NCBI GenBank assembly: GCA_020854775.1
Contig: JAHKLZ010000005.1
Coordinates: 49,797-113,796, forward strand
Reading direction: 5' to 3'
DNA: 64,000 bases
Source of the DNA: Candidatus Woesearchaeota archaeon
GTDB taxonomy: Archaea > Nanobdellota > Nanobdellia > Woesearchaeales > 21-14-0-10-32-9
This document shows, one piece after another, positions 10,544-19,118 of this stretch; the stretch's first letter is position 1, and each line of letters starts with the position of its first letter. The notes under the pieces were generated by a model. It saw only the letters and a list, made by a program, of their open reading frames with translations, searched no databases and was not told the DNA's origin. Made by a program: the position numbers and the translations under genes.

Positions 10544-13141
10544 TTATTTGGTTGATTCTATTATTGATTTAACGTTTATTTTTCCGCCTTCAGTTTTTGA
10601 TACGTCTAATCCGTCTTCTCCATAATTAAATTGTACGATTTTTCTTGATGCATCTCTTACTGTGAAATCGTATTCTATTTTTAAGTCTTGCATCGCGTTC
10701 GCTAATCTTCTGTATAAATAACCTGACTTAGGCGTTCTTAGAGCGGTATCCATTAAGCTGTCTCTTCCTGTCATTGCCATGAAGAACATCTCGTGTGGTT
10801 TTAATCCGTCTTTGAATCCTCCTTTTATGAATCCTCTTGGGACCGCGCTCAGATCTCCTTTCTTGAAGCAAGATAATGATCTGTCTTTGTAGCCTTTGTC
10901 GATTCTTCCACCTCTTAGCGCTTGTTGTCCTACGCAAGCAGCCATTTGAGCTAAGTTAATTATATTTCCTCTTGCTCCGCTTCTTATCATGTGCATAGTG
11001 TTACTGTTTTGTTTCGCTGTTTCTTCCACTATGTTTCCTGATTCATTTCTTGCTTTGCTTAGTCTCTCAATTATTCTTAGTTCTATTGTTTCTTCAACGG
11101 ATCTGCCAGGTAATAATTCTAGTGTTCCTTCACTATATTGTTTAATGAACTTATCCACGTCTTTTTGTGCTTCTGTTATTATCTGACTAACTCTTATTTG
11201 TGCTTCTTCACTTAGATCCATGTCTGATATCTTAGATGTAAATCCTCTTTTTAGTAGCATTTCTGCTCCTAATCCGTTGATTAATCTTAGTAATCTTACT
11301 ATTTCTTTCTCTCCATATTTTTGGTGCAATTTTCTTAATAATAGTCCTGATCCTTGACCAAGATTAGCAGAGTCCATCACTCCTGATATTAGTTTTCCTT
11401 TCTCAATTTTCACGACTGCGTCAGGATCCTCAGGGTTCTTTGATGCTATTTTTGATTTTCCTACGAAGTCAAAATCGTCAGGTATCACCACTGAGAATAC
11501 TTCTTTCCCTGTTACTACTTTCTTGTTTGGTAACTTAGAGAAATCTTCTATTCCCGCGCTTGCTAATAAGTCTATTGCGTCTTCGCGTTTCATTTCGTAT
11601 CCTTTTCTTGTTAGTAAATAATTACCTGTTATGCTGTCTTGGATGCACGCAATGATGCTTAAACCATACCTAGGACTTATTATTTGTGTTTGTACTTCCA
11701 TTAATGTTTCTGCTTCTGCTCTTGCTTCTTCTGTTTGAGGAATATGAATATTCATCTCGTCCCCGTCGAAGTCAGCGTTGTATGGTGCACAAACAGCAGG
11801 ATTAAGTCTTAGTGTTAGTCCCGGTAGTACTTTTACTTTATGACACATCATACTCATTCTATGCAGGCTTGGTTGCCTGTTGAATAGTGCTATGTCTCCA
11901 TCCATTAAGTGTCTTTCAACTATGAATCCTGGTTGGATTTCTTCCAGTAATTGTTCTTTTGTTTCATTAGTTATGCGTTTTCTTTTTCCGTCAGGTCTTA
12001 AAACGTAGTTAGCTCCTGGGTAATCTTCATTTCCTCTTTCTACGAATCCTTTTAAGTATTCTATGTTCCACTCAGTGACTCTTTCTGGAACTGATAATTT
12101 CTTTGCTATAATACTTGGTACTCCTACTTCGTTTATGTCTAGTTTAGGATCTGGACTGATAACTGTTCTAGCTGAGAAATTCGTTCTTTTTCCTGCTAGG
12201 TTCTTACGAATTCTTCCTTCTTTGCTTTTTATTCTTGATGATAACGTTTTTAATGGTTGATTTGATCTGTGTCTCGCAGGAGGTAGATTCGCTACTTCGT
12301 TATCGAAGAACGTTGTTACGTGATATTGTAATAAATCCCATAAGTCTTCAATGATTATTTCTGGTGCGCCCGCGTTTATGTTTTCAAATAATCTTTGGTT
12401 TATACGCACGATGTCTCCTAATTTGTGTGTTAAATCATCTTCGCTTCTTTCTCCGCTTTCTAGTGTGATGCTTGGACGCATTGTTACTGGCGGTATTGGT
12501 AACACTGTTAGTATCATCCATTCAGGTCTCGCTATATCAGGTTTTATTCCGAATACTTTTAGGTCTTCATCTGATATTCTTTCTAGTCTTGCTCTTACTT
12601 GTATTGGAGATAATCTTCTATCTTCTTCTACGAACGTTGATGGTTTTTCTAGTGATATCTTTGATTGTTTTTCTTTACAGTAAGGACATGTTTGTATTGT
12701 TCTTAGATTAGCTATGATTAATTTTATTGCGTCTCTTCTTTCTATTAGTCCTTGTTCTAATGTTATTTTGTCTAATATGTCTGAGTATTGTTTTATTTTT
12801 TCTTTTGGTATTAGTATTCTTCCGCAAGCTTTACATGTTGATCTTAATAAATCTAGTATTACTGGAACAAAAGATATGTGAACTACTGGTCTTGCTAGTT
12901 CTAAGTATCCGAAGTGCCCAAAGCTTTCTTTTAGTCTTTGTCCGTCTGTTTTACATCTTAGTCCTGGGTCTATTACGCCGAGGCGTACATCCATTAGTCC
13001 TCCGTCTACTGGGTATCCTTCTTTGTCGTATAATTCAGGAGTTACTACTTTTGCTTTTGCTACTTTTTCTATCATTTTCGGCGACATTAGGCCGAATTCG
13101 ATTGATCCGATGTATTTGTATATTGGTTTTTCGTTACTCAT
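10544..13141 (-). CDS. rpoA1: DNA-directed RNA polymerase subunit A'
   Basis: 865 aa. N-terminal clamp and Zn motifs plus the NADFDGDEM active site. Confidence 0.92.
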   Translation of the reverse strand: MSNEKPIYKYIGSIEFGLMSPKMIEKVAKAKVVTPELYDKEGYPVDGGLMDVRLGVIDPGLRCKTDGQRLKESFGHFGYLELARPVVHISFVPVILDLLRSTCKACGRILIPKEKIKQYSDILDKITLEQGLIERRDAIKLIIANLRTIQTCPYCKEKQSKISLEKPSTFVEEDRRLSPIQVRARLERISDEDLKVFGIKPDIARPEWMILTVLPIPPVTMRPSITLESGERSEDDLTHKLGDIVRINQRLFENINAGAPEIIIEDLWDLLQYHVTTFFDNEVANLPPARHRSNQPLKTLSSRIKSKEGRIRKNLAGKRTNFSARTVISPDPKLDINEVGVPSIIAKKLSVPERVTEWNIEYLKGFVERGNEDYPGANYVLRPDGKRKRITNETKEQLLEEIQPGFIVERHLMDGDIALFNRQPSLHRMSMMCHKVKVLPGLTLRLNPAVCAPYNADFDGDEMNIHIPQTEEARAEAETLMEVQTQIISPRYGLSIIACIQDSITGNYLLTRKGYEMKREDAIDLLASAGIEDFSKLPNKKVVTGKEVFSVVIPDDFDFVGKSKIASKNPEDPDAVVKIEKGKLISGVMDSANLGQGSGLLLRKLHQKYGEKEIVRLLRLINGLGAEMLLKRGFTSKISDMDLSEEAQIRVSQIITEAQKDVDKFIKQYSEGTLELLPGRSVEETIELRIIERLSKARNESGNIVEETAKQNSNTMHMIRSGARGNIINLAQMAACVGQQALRGGRIDKGYKDRSLSCFKKGDLSAVPRGFIKGGFKDGLKPHEMFFMAMTGRDSLMDTALRTPKSGYLYRRLANAMQDLKIEYDFTVRDASRKIVQFNYGEDGLDVSKTEGGKINVKSIIESTK

Positions 13142-13150
13142 TTGATCGCC

Positions 13151-14956
13151 TCAAAATTTGCTTTTTAGTTTTAGTTTAGGATATAATCCTAGGGACTTAA
13201 ATTCGTCTATTAGTAGTTTGAACGCGTAGCTAACTTCTATGTCGCTCATCTCTGAGTCCTCGTCATACATAGGCGAGATTGCTCTGTTGTTTTTTCTCGC
13301 GTCGTAATAACCTGTTAGTCCTGATTTTTCGCATATTGGTACTACTACTGTGTCTGTGTCGAATCTTTCTTTTAGTGTTAGTGATGCTCCGTGAGCGATG
13401 AAGGTGTCTTTCTCCATCTCTCCTAATCTTAGTCCTCCTTCTTTTGCTCTTCCTTCTGTAGGTTGTCTTGTTAGTAGCTGTATTGGTCCTCTTGCTCTGC
13501 TGTGTATTTTGTTTGCTACCATGTGTTTTAATTTTAAGTAATATATGTTTCCTACGAAGATTTGTACTTGGTATTGTTCCCCTGTTATTCCGTTGTATAA
13601 TGTTTCTGAGCCGTCTTCTCTGAATCCTAAGTCTTTTAGTTCTTGTCTTATGTCTCTTTCTTGTTCTGATTCGAACATTGTTCCGTCAACTAGTCTTCCG
13701 GATAGCGCAGCTGTTTTTCCTGCTAATAATTCTAGTAGGTGAGAAATAGTCATCCTGCTAGGTATTCCGTACGGACTGAATATTATGTCTGGTCTTACTC
13801 CTGTGCTTGTGAATGGAATGTCTTGTTCTGGTACTACTAAGCTTATTACTCCTTTTTGTCCGTGTCTTGATGTGAATTTATCTCCTATTTCTGGTATTCT
13901 TTGTTCTCTTAGTCTTACTTGTATTAGTTTGTTTCCTTCTTCGTTCTCTGTTAATGATACGAAGTCCACTATTCCTTTTTCTCCGTGTTTTAGTGCGAGT
14001 GATGATTCTCTGTTTGAATCAGTTGCTAAGCTGTATTCTTCCATGCTGCTTAAGAATCTTGGCGGGCTGACTTTTCCTATTATTACGTCGCCTTCGTTCA
14101 CTTTTGATTCTGGGAATATTATTCCGTCATCTTCTAAGAATCTGTAATCGTGTTCTGATCTGTATCCTCTGACTTCTTTGTCTGGTATTTTTATTTCATC
14201 CATTAATCCGCCTGAGTATCTTAGTTCTTCTGATACTATTGGTCTGAAATAACTTGTTCTTCCTAGTCCTCTGTCTATTGAGCCTTTGTTGATTACGATG
14301 GAATCCTCCATGTTGTATCCTTTGTAACTCATAACAGCTAGTACTATGTTTTGTCCTGATGGGTGTTTATCATATTTTATTACGTCGTGTAACGCTGTTT
14401 GTACTAATGGGTATTGTGGGTAATGTAGTAAGTTAACGTCCATGTCCATTCTTACTGCTAGGTTAGCCGCGTATAGTCCTACTCCTTGTTTTTGATTCTT
14501 TGCTCCTTGATTTAAACGTACTCCTTGGTTGTAGTTTCCAAATGGTACTAGTCCCGTGATTAGTCCTAGTACTGATAATGGTGTTACGTCTAAGTGGGTG
14601 TGCTCATTTGTTAAGTCTTCTTCAAAGAATGCTATTAATGAGTTTTCTTCTTCTGCTGAATCTAAGTATTCTATTACTCCTGTTTTTATTAGGTCTGACC
14701 AAGTAATCTCGTTTTTTTCTAATTGTTTTAGGTGTTTTTCTTCTAGTAATGGTTTTCCTTCTTTTACTACTATTAGTGGCCTAGTTGTTCTTCCACTAGA
14801 AGTTTCTATTATTACTTTGTCTTCGTTTGGAACGTGTAATACGTTCACATCTTCTTCTATTTTTCCTGCTCTTCTCGCGAATATTATTTGGTTCACGAAG
14901 TCTTCTGGTTCTTTTACTGTTCCTGTGAATTTTCCATCTATGAATACGTCCGTCAT
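13151..14956 (-). CDS. rpoB1: DNA-directed RNA polymerase subunit B' (C-terminal half of split RpoB)
   Basis: 601 aa with conserved Rpb2 C-terminal motifs. Confidence 0.9.
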   Translation of the reverse strand: MTDVFIDGKFTGTVKEPEDFVNQIIFARRAGKIEEDVNVLHVPNEDKVIIETSSGRTTRPLIVVKEGKPLLEEKHLKQLEKNEITWSDLIKTGVIEYLDSAEEENSLIAFFEEDLTNEHTHLDVTPLSVLGLITGLVPFGNYNQGVRLNQGAKNQKQGVGLYAANLAVRMDMDVNLLHYPQYPLVQTALHDVIKYDKHPSGQNIVLAVMSYKGYNMEDSIVINKGSIDRGLGRTSYFRPIVSEELRYSGGLMDEIKIPDKEVRGYRSEHDYRFLEDDGIIFPESKVNEGDVIIGKVSPPRFLSSMEEYSLATDSNRESSLALKHGEKGIVDFVSLTENEEGNKLIQVRLREQRIPEIGDKFTSRHGQKGVISLVVPEQDIPFTSTGVRPDIIFSPYGIPSRMTISHLLELLAGKTAALSGRLVDGTMFESEQERDIRQELKDLGFREDGSETLYNGITGEQYQVQIFVGNIYYLKLKHMVANKIHSRARGPIQLLTRQPTEGRAKEGGLRLGEMEKDTFIAHGASLTLKERFDTDTVVVPICEKSGLTGYYDARKNNRAISPMYDEDSEMSDIEVSYAFKLLIDEFKSLGLYPKLKLKSKF

Positions 14957-16467
14957 TTTACACTCACCGTTTCTAATCCTAGTTCTTTTAATTTTGGTAC
15001 TAATTCTTCTTCGTTCACTGAGCTTGTTACTTTTGTTAGTAAAGCAAAGTTTTTTCTTAGTCCTATGTTTGTTCCTTCTGGTGTTTCACTCATGCACAAT
15101 CTTCCTAGATGCGTTGGGTGTAGTGCTCTTGCTTCGAAGTTTTCTTGGCTCGCACTCAGAGGACTTACTACTCTTTGTAATACTGATAATAATTGTATGT
15201 AGTTCATTCTTTCTATTCTTTGGCTGATTCCTTTTCTTGCACCTACCCAGTTCCCTGTTGCCATGCTACTGTATATTCTTTGGGTTAATAGTTTCTCTCT
15301 GATTATTACTCTTATGCTTGGGAATTTTCCTCTTTTTACGATTCTTTGAAAGTTGTATAACATGTCTCCTATTAGGACTTTGATGTTTACTCTGAACAAG
15401 TCCGCTAATAAGTCACCTGCTAGTTTTAGTCTTTTGTTTGCGTAATGATCTTTATCAGGCATAGGTATTTCTTTGTTAGATACTCTTAAGTAGTCTTTTA
15501 CGTATTTGCACAAGTTTATTGCTTTGTTTCTTCTTGCTTCAGTTGTTAATCCAACATGAGGTAATAAGTACTTGTCCATTATTTCTTTTACTCTTTCTAT
15601 TCTGATTTCTTTTGATTGTGTTATTCCTATTTCTTTTGCTATGTAGTCTATTGCGTCTTCTTCTGTTTTTATGTCTACGAATTCATACAAGTTTATGAAT
15701 ACTTCTGAGCTAGTTGGTAAATCTATTAGTTTCATTATTTCTTCGTCTTTTAGTATTCCTAGTGCTTTTATTAGAACTGTTACTGGTATTTTTCTTACTC
15801 TCGTAAATGAAATGTAGATTATTTCATCTTTTTGTTTCTCGATTTGATGAGGAATCTTGTATGATCCTCTTTCTGAGAATATTTTCCCTGTGAATTGTAC
15901 TGTTCCTGTTTTTTGTTCTTCTACGATGAAGCGGTTCGCTGCTAAGTCCTCAACTGAAACTATTACTTTTTCTGTTCCGTTTATTATGAAGTATCCTCCT
16001 GGGTCGTCAGGGTCTTCTCCTGCTTTTATTAGTTCTTCTCTGTTTTTTCCTTTTAAGTTGCAGTACTTACTTTTTAGCATTATTGGGATGTTTCCTATTT
16101 GCGTTGTGAATGATTCTTTTTGTTGTCCGTTGACGTGAGCCGATACTTCTAAGAATGCTGGTGCTGAATATGATAGTTTTCTTAGTCTTGCTTCTGCGGG
16201 TAATAGTATTCTTTTTGAGCCGTCTGCTTCTGTTATTTCTGGTTTTTCAACGGTTATTTTTTCTAGTCTTATTTTGAATTCTTCTACGTTCGTTGGTATA
16301 ATTGTTGGTTCTACTTCTTTGTTTTCTTCTATGATTATTTGTAGTTCTTCATCCATGAATTTGTTAAAAGAATCTATGTCTGCTTGTGCTACTGAGTGTT
16401 CTTCGAAGAATTTTCTTATTAAGAGTTTTGACCTAGTCATTTTTATGTCTTGAGCTTGATTATTCAT
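14953..16467 (-). CDS. rpoB2: DNA-directed RNA polymerase subunit B'' (N-terminal half of split RpoB)
   Basis: 504 aa Rpb2 N-terminal homolog. Overlaps rpoB' by 4 nt. Confidence 0.9.
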   Translation of the reverse strand: MNNQAQDIKMTRSKLLIRKFFEEHSVAQADIDSFNKFMDEELQIIIEENKEVEPTIIPTNVEEFKIRLEKITVEKPEITEADGSKRILLPAEARLRKLSYSAPAFLEVSAHVNGQQKESFTTQIGNIPIMLKSKYCNLKGKNREELIKAGEDPDDPGGYFIINGTEKVIVSVEDLAANRFIVEEQKTGTVQFTGKIFSERGSYKIPHQIEKQKDEIIYISFTRVRKIPVTVLIKALGILKDEEIMKLIDLPTSSEVFINLYEFVDIKTEEDAIDYIAKEIGITQSKEIRIERVKEIMDKYLLPHVGLTTEARRNKAINLCKYVKDYLRVSNKEIPMPDKDHYANKRLKLAGDLLADLFRVNIKVLIGDMLYNFQRIVKRGKFPSIRVIIREKLLTQRIYSSMATGNWVGARKGISQRIERMNYIQLLSVLQRVVSPLSASQENFEARALHPTHLGRLCMSETPEGTNIGLRKNFALLTKVTSSVNEEELVPKLKELGLETVSVK

Positions 16468-16828
16468 TGATTACACCTCTGTAGAATATTGCTTTTCCCG
16501 CTGTTGAGCTTGTTCTTGTTATTTTTATTATGTCGTTTTCTTTTGCTTTTAAGTGTCTTATTGCTGGGTCGTTTCTGATTATTTTTGGTAGTTCTTTTAT
16601 TGTTATGTTATGATAATCAAAGAGTTCTTGTGCTTCTTTTTCTGTTATTTTTTCGTGCAACGGTATTAAGGAGTGTTTCACATGAGAAGTTTCTTTTGTG
16701 TCTGCTCTGGTTTTTTTCTTTGTTCTTACGACTTTTTCAGCTTTTTCTTTTTTTACAGCTGTTTTTTTCACTGTGACTTTTTTAATTGTTTTTTTAGAAT
16801 TAGTTTCTTTTTCGTTTTTTTTAGCCAT
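16460..16828 (-). CDS. rpoH: DNA-directed RNA polymerase subunit H (Rpb5 homolog)
   Basis: The C-terminal 73 aa is canonical RpoH (HSLIPLHEKITEKEAQEL...). It carries a 49-aa Lys-rich N-terminal extension. An in-frame GTG at 16681 would give a canonical 73-aa protein instead. Confidence 0.8.
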   Translation of the reverse strand: MAKKNEKETNSKKTIKKVTVKKTAVKKEKAEKVVRTKKKTRADTKETSHVKHSLIPLHEKITEKEAQELFDYHNITIKELPKIIRNDPAIRHLKAKENDIIKITRTSSTAGKAIFYRGVINE

Positions 16829-16864
16829 TTTAATTTGTTACCCCCTTAAGGTATTTGATTTTGA

Positions 16865-16938
16865 TGAGTCGGACGAGATTTGAACTCGCGACAACTTGGT
16901 TAAAAGCCAAGTGCTCTACCAGGCTGAGCTACCGACCC
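16865..16938 (-). tRNA. tRNA-Lys (anticodon UUU)
   Basis: Cloverleaf folded by hand: acceptor GGGUCGG/CCGACUC, anticodon loop CUUUUAA, T-loop UUCAAAU, discriminator A. Confidence 0.85.
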
Positions 16939-16970
16939 TTAAGCGTTTATTTTTAAAAAAAAGTACAAAC

Positions 16971-17045
16971 GCCCTGGCCGGGATTCGAACCCGGGTCGAA
17001 GCCTCGACAGGGCTTCATGATAGGCCAGACTACACCACCAAGGCA
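16971..17045 (-). tRNA. tRNA-Asp (anticodon GUC)
   Basis: Acceptor GCCUUGG/CCAGGGC, anticodon loop CUGUCGA, T-loop UUCGAAU, discriminator G. Confidence 0.8.
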
Positions 17046-17145
17046 TCTTTGTTTGTCATTTATTCGTGAATAAAGCACTCCATCTAGCATTATTTGGAAA
17101 TTTGGTCAATTTATAAACCTTACGTTTTTGTTTATTTAAGAAGAG

Positions 17146-17293
17146 TCCCTCGGGGGAGACTTTCAGAAACAAATTTTTTTTGTTTTTTTTGAACTCCCAA
17201 CCTTTCGGTTTCAGCTGACCATGTTTCATTCAACTCCGAGGAGCCGTCTCGTGGTTTCTACAGCCGAACGCTCTACCGTTGAGCTACCGAGGG
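17146..17293 (-). tRNA. tRNA-Tyr (anticodon GUA) with a canonical 37/38 intron (~48 nt) and a second ~28-nt insertion in the T-loop (59/60)
   Basis: C1:G72 acceptor pair (CCCUCGG/CCGAGGG) with discriminator A, and anticodon loop CUGUAG|A as in archaeal tRNA-Tyr. Exons total 72 nt once the two insertions are removed. The second insertion contains the hairpin AACAAA...UUUGUU. Confidence 0.6.
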
Positions 17294-17415
17294 ATACTCT
17301 TAGAGAAATAATATTTTTTATAAAGGTTTCCTTTGGTTTTTTGTTGTGTTTGTGTTTTATTCTAACCCCTAAAACGTTATAACTACTAGTAAATGACGAA
17401 AGATTTATATATTGT

Positions 17416-18738
17416 TTGTTATTATTAGTTATTATGAATAAAGTAATGCCTGAAGCTTATCTTTGTAAAGACCTTAAGAACAGGGTTGAGAATCTTAAAA
17501 GCTTAGTTAAAAGTACTATGGAGCAAGTTCATAGTAAGTATTCTTTTAAGGATGAAGATATAAGTGATAATAAGTTTCAGGACGAGGTTATTAGGCATAT
17601 TAAGAAGAGTTTGAAGAGTTCTGATTTTTATCAGCTTGATGCTATCGTTAAGGTTTGGACTGATGCTCGTGGAAGCACTATTAAGAAGTATTTTGATTCT
17701 AGAATGGAAGTTGATGAAGGCGTTAATCCTAGACGGTTCTTAAAAGTGGCTACTAAGGGTAATTCTCAGGGTTCTTTAACTCAAGTATTAGAAGAAGATC
17801 TTGAGCCTTGGGTTGATTGTGTGAGTAACGTGTTAAAGAAAGCTCATAATCGTAATTTTTTGTCAGGGACTTCTACTAAGAAGCAAGTTCTTTCTCGTTT
17901 GAAAACAATGATTGATTATCCTGTTAGCATAAAGGAAACCCCTGTTAATTCTCATGTTTCTGAGGAAGGCATAGAGACTCTTATTCTTAATGAGCCTGAT
18001 AAGTATTTGCCTAGTAGCGCCGTTAAGATTCTTTCTGAGAATCCTGGATTGGATTGGAAAGACATAGCCATAGTGACTGCTAATGTTCTTGAATATGACG
18101 TTGTTTCTAAGAAGACTTCTAAGAAAGCCAGGCTCGAAGGTAGGATTAAGTCTTCGGAAGCTATGAAGCTCGCTAAGTACGTCTCAGGTATAAGAAAGGA
18201 GCCTATGTATGATGGTATAGGCGTGATGGAGCTTTGTGAGAGTATTGATGATATTAACAAGCATGTTTCTCAGGCTCTTTTGTTGAAAAGCAACAGGAAT
18301 CATAATCTTAGTCATCGTTATCCTTTAAGTCTTGATGATAAAAGTATTAGTAAAACGCTTAGGGAGTCTTTTGATGCTTCTGAGGAAGCAGTCGTGGAGT
18401 TGCTTAGAACTTCTTACTTAATAGGTAATAACGAGTTGTCTGAGCATAGAGTAAACAAATGCAAAAGTGCTTTGGTGTATGGTACTTGGCTCGATATGAA
18501 TCTTAAAAGTAATAAGAGCCCTATAGAAGTACAGTTCAAGGATAATCTTGGTTATTTCTTGTACGTTTTTAATAGTCCTTTCGGTCATAATTCTAAGGCT
18601 TATAACTCTATGAGGACTAACGAATTGTTTAAGAAAGTGAAAATAAAAAATAAAGAATATAACGTTAACAAAATAGCTGAGTATGTCGCTAACGAGATAT
18701 TTTTGCCTGCTTTTTTATCTTCTAGGAATTATTCATAA
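17416..18738 (+). CDS. hypothetical protein (440 aa), compositionally atypical
   Basis: No recognisable domain. The sense strand is A-rich, unlike other plus-strand genes here. Lies next to the tRNA cluster. An alternative start is MNKVMPEAY at 17434. Confidence 0.4.
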   Translation: MLLLVIMNKVMPEAYLCKDLKNRVENLKSLVKSTMEQVHSKYSFKDEDISDNKFQDEVIRHIKKSLKSSDFYQLDAIVKVWTDARGSTIKKYFDSRMEVDEGVNPRRFLKVATKGNSQGSLTQVLEEDLEPWVDCVSNVLKKAHNRNFLSGTSTKKQVLSRLKTMIDYPVSIKETPVNSHVSEEGIETLILNEPDKYLPSSAVKILSENPGLDWKDIAIVTANVLEYDVVSKKTSKKARLEGRIKSSEAMKLAKYVSGIRKEPMYDGIGVMELCESIDDINKHVSQALLLKSNRNHNLSHRYPLSLDDKSISKTLRESFDASEEAVVELLRTSYLIGNNELSEHRVNKCKSALVYGTWLDMNLKSNKSPIEVQFKDNLGYFLYVFNSPFGHNSKAYNSMRTNELFKKVKIKNKEYNVNKIAEYVANEIFLPAFLSSRNYS

Positions 18739-18951
18739 GATGTCTTCAACAGGTTTCTTCTTAGGAACTTCTTGTTTTTCTTGCTTAGTTAAGTCAACGC
18801 CTAGTTCTTTTAATGCGCCTATGTGCATCTGCATTAATTGTTCAACTATGCTAAGGATTCTTGCTAGTTCTTCTCTTTCCTTAGAAAGCGTTGATAATGA
18901 TCCTTTATGAAATCCTATTTGTTCATCTTTAGACATGTTCTTCGTATCCAT
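18733..18951 (-). CDS. small coiled-coil hypothetical protein
   Basis: 72-aa ORF convergent with and slightly overlapping the previous gene. No homology recognised. Confidence 0.3.
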   Translation of the reverse strand: MDTKNMSKDEQIGFHKGSLSTLSKEREELARILSIVEQLMQMHIGALKELGVDLTKQEKQEVPKKKPVEDIL

Positions 18952-19118
18952 TAATTATCACCTTTTATTACTTCGTTGTACTTCGTATTTTATAAAGTTT
19001 ACTTTTAAGTTTTTGTTAATGTCTGAAACTTAAAAAATAAATTACGAGAAGAATTTAAGAAAAAAAAAGAAAAAAAAAGAAAAAAGGTTAAAAACTATTT
19101 TGGCTTAATCAATGCTTC

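Noticed and set aside
17146-17293. An alternative reading of the 148-nt region as a tRNA plus a separate downstream element rather than a two-intron tRNA.
   Set aside because: The acceptor 3' strand (CCGAGGG-A) needed to pair with the 5' end lies beyond the 28-nt insertion. A single-intron model therefore leaves the tRNA without a T-arm or acceptor.
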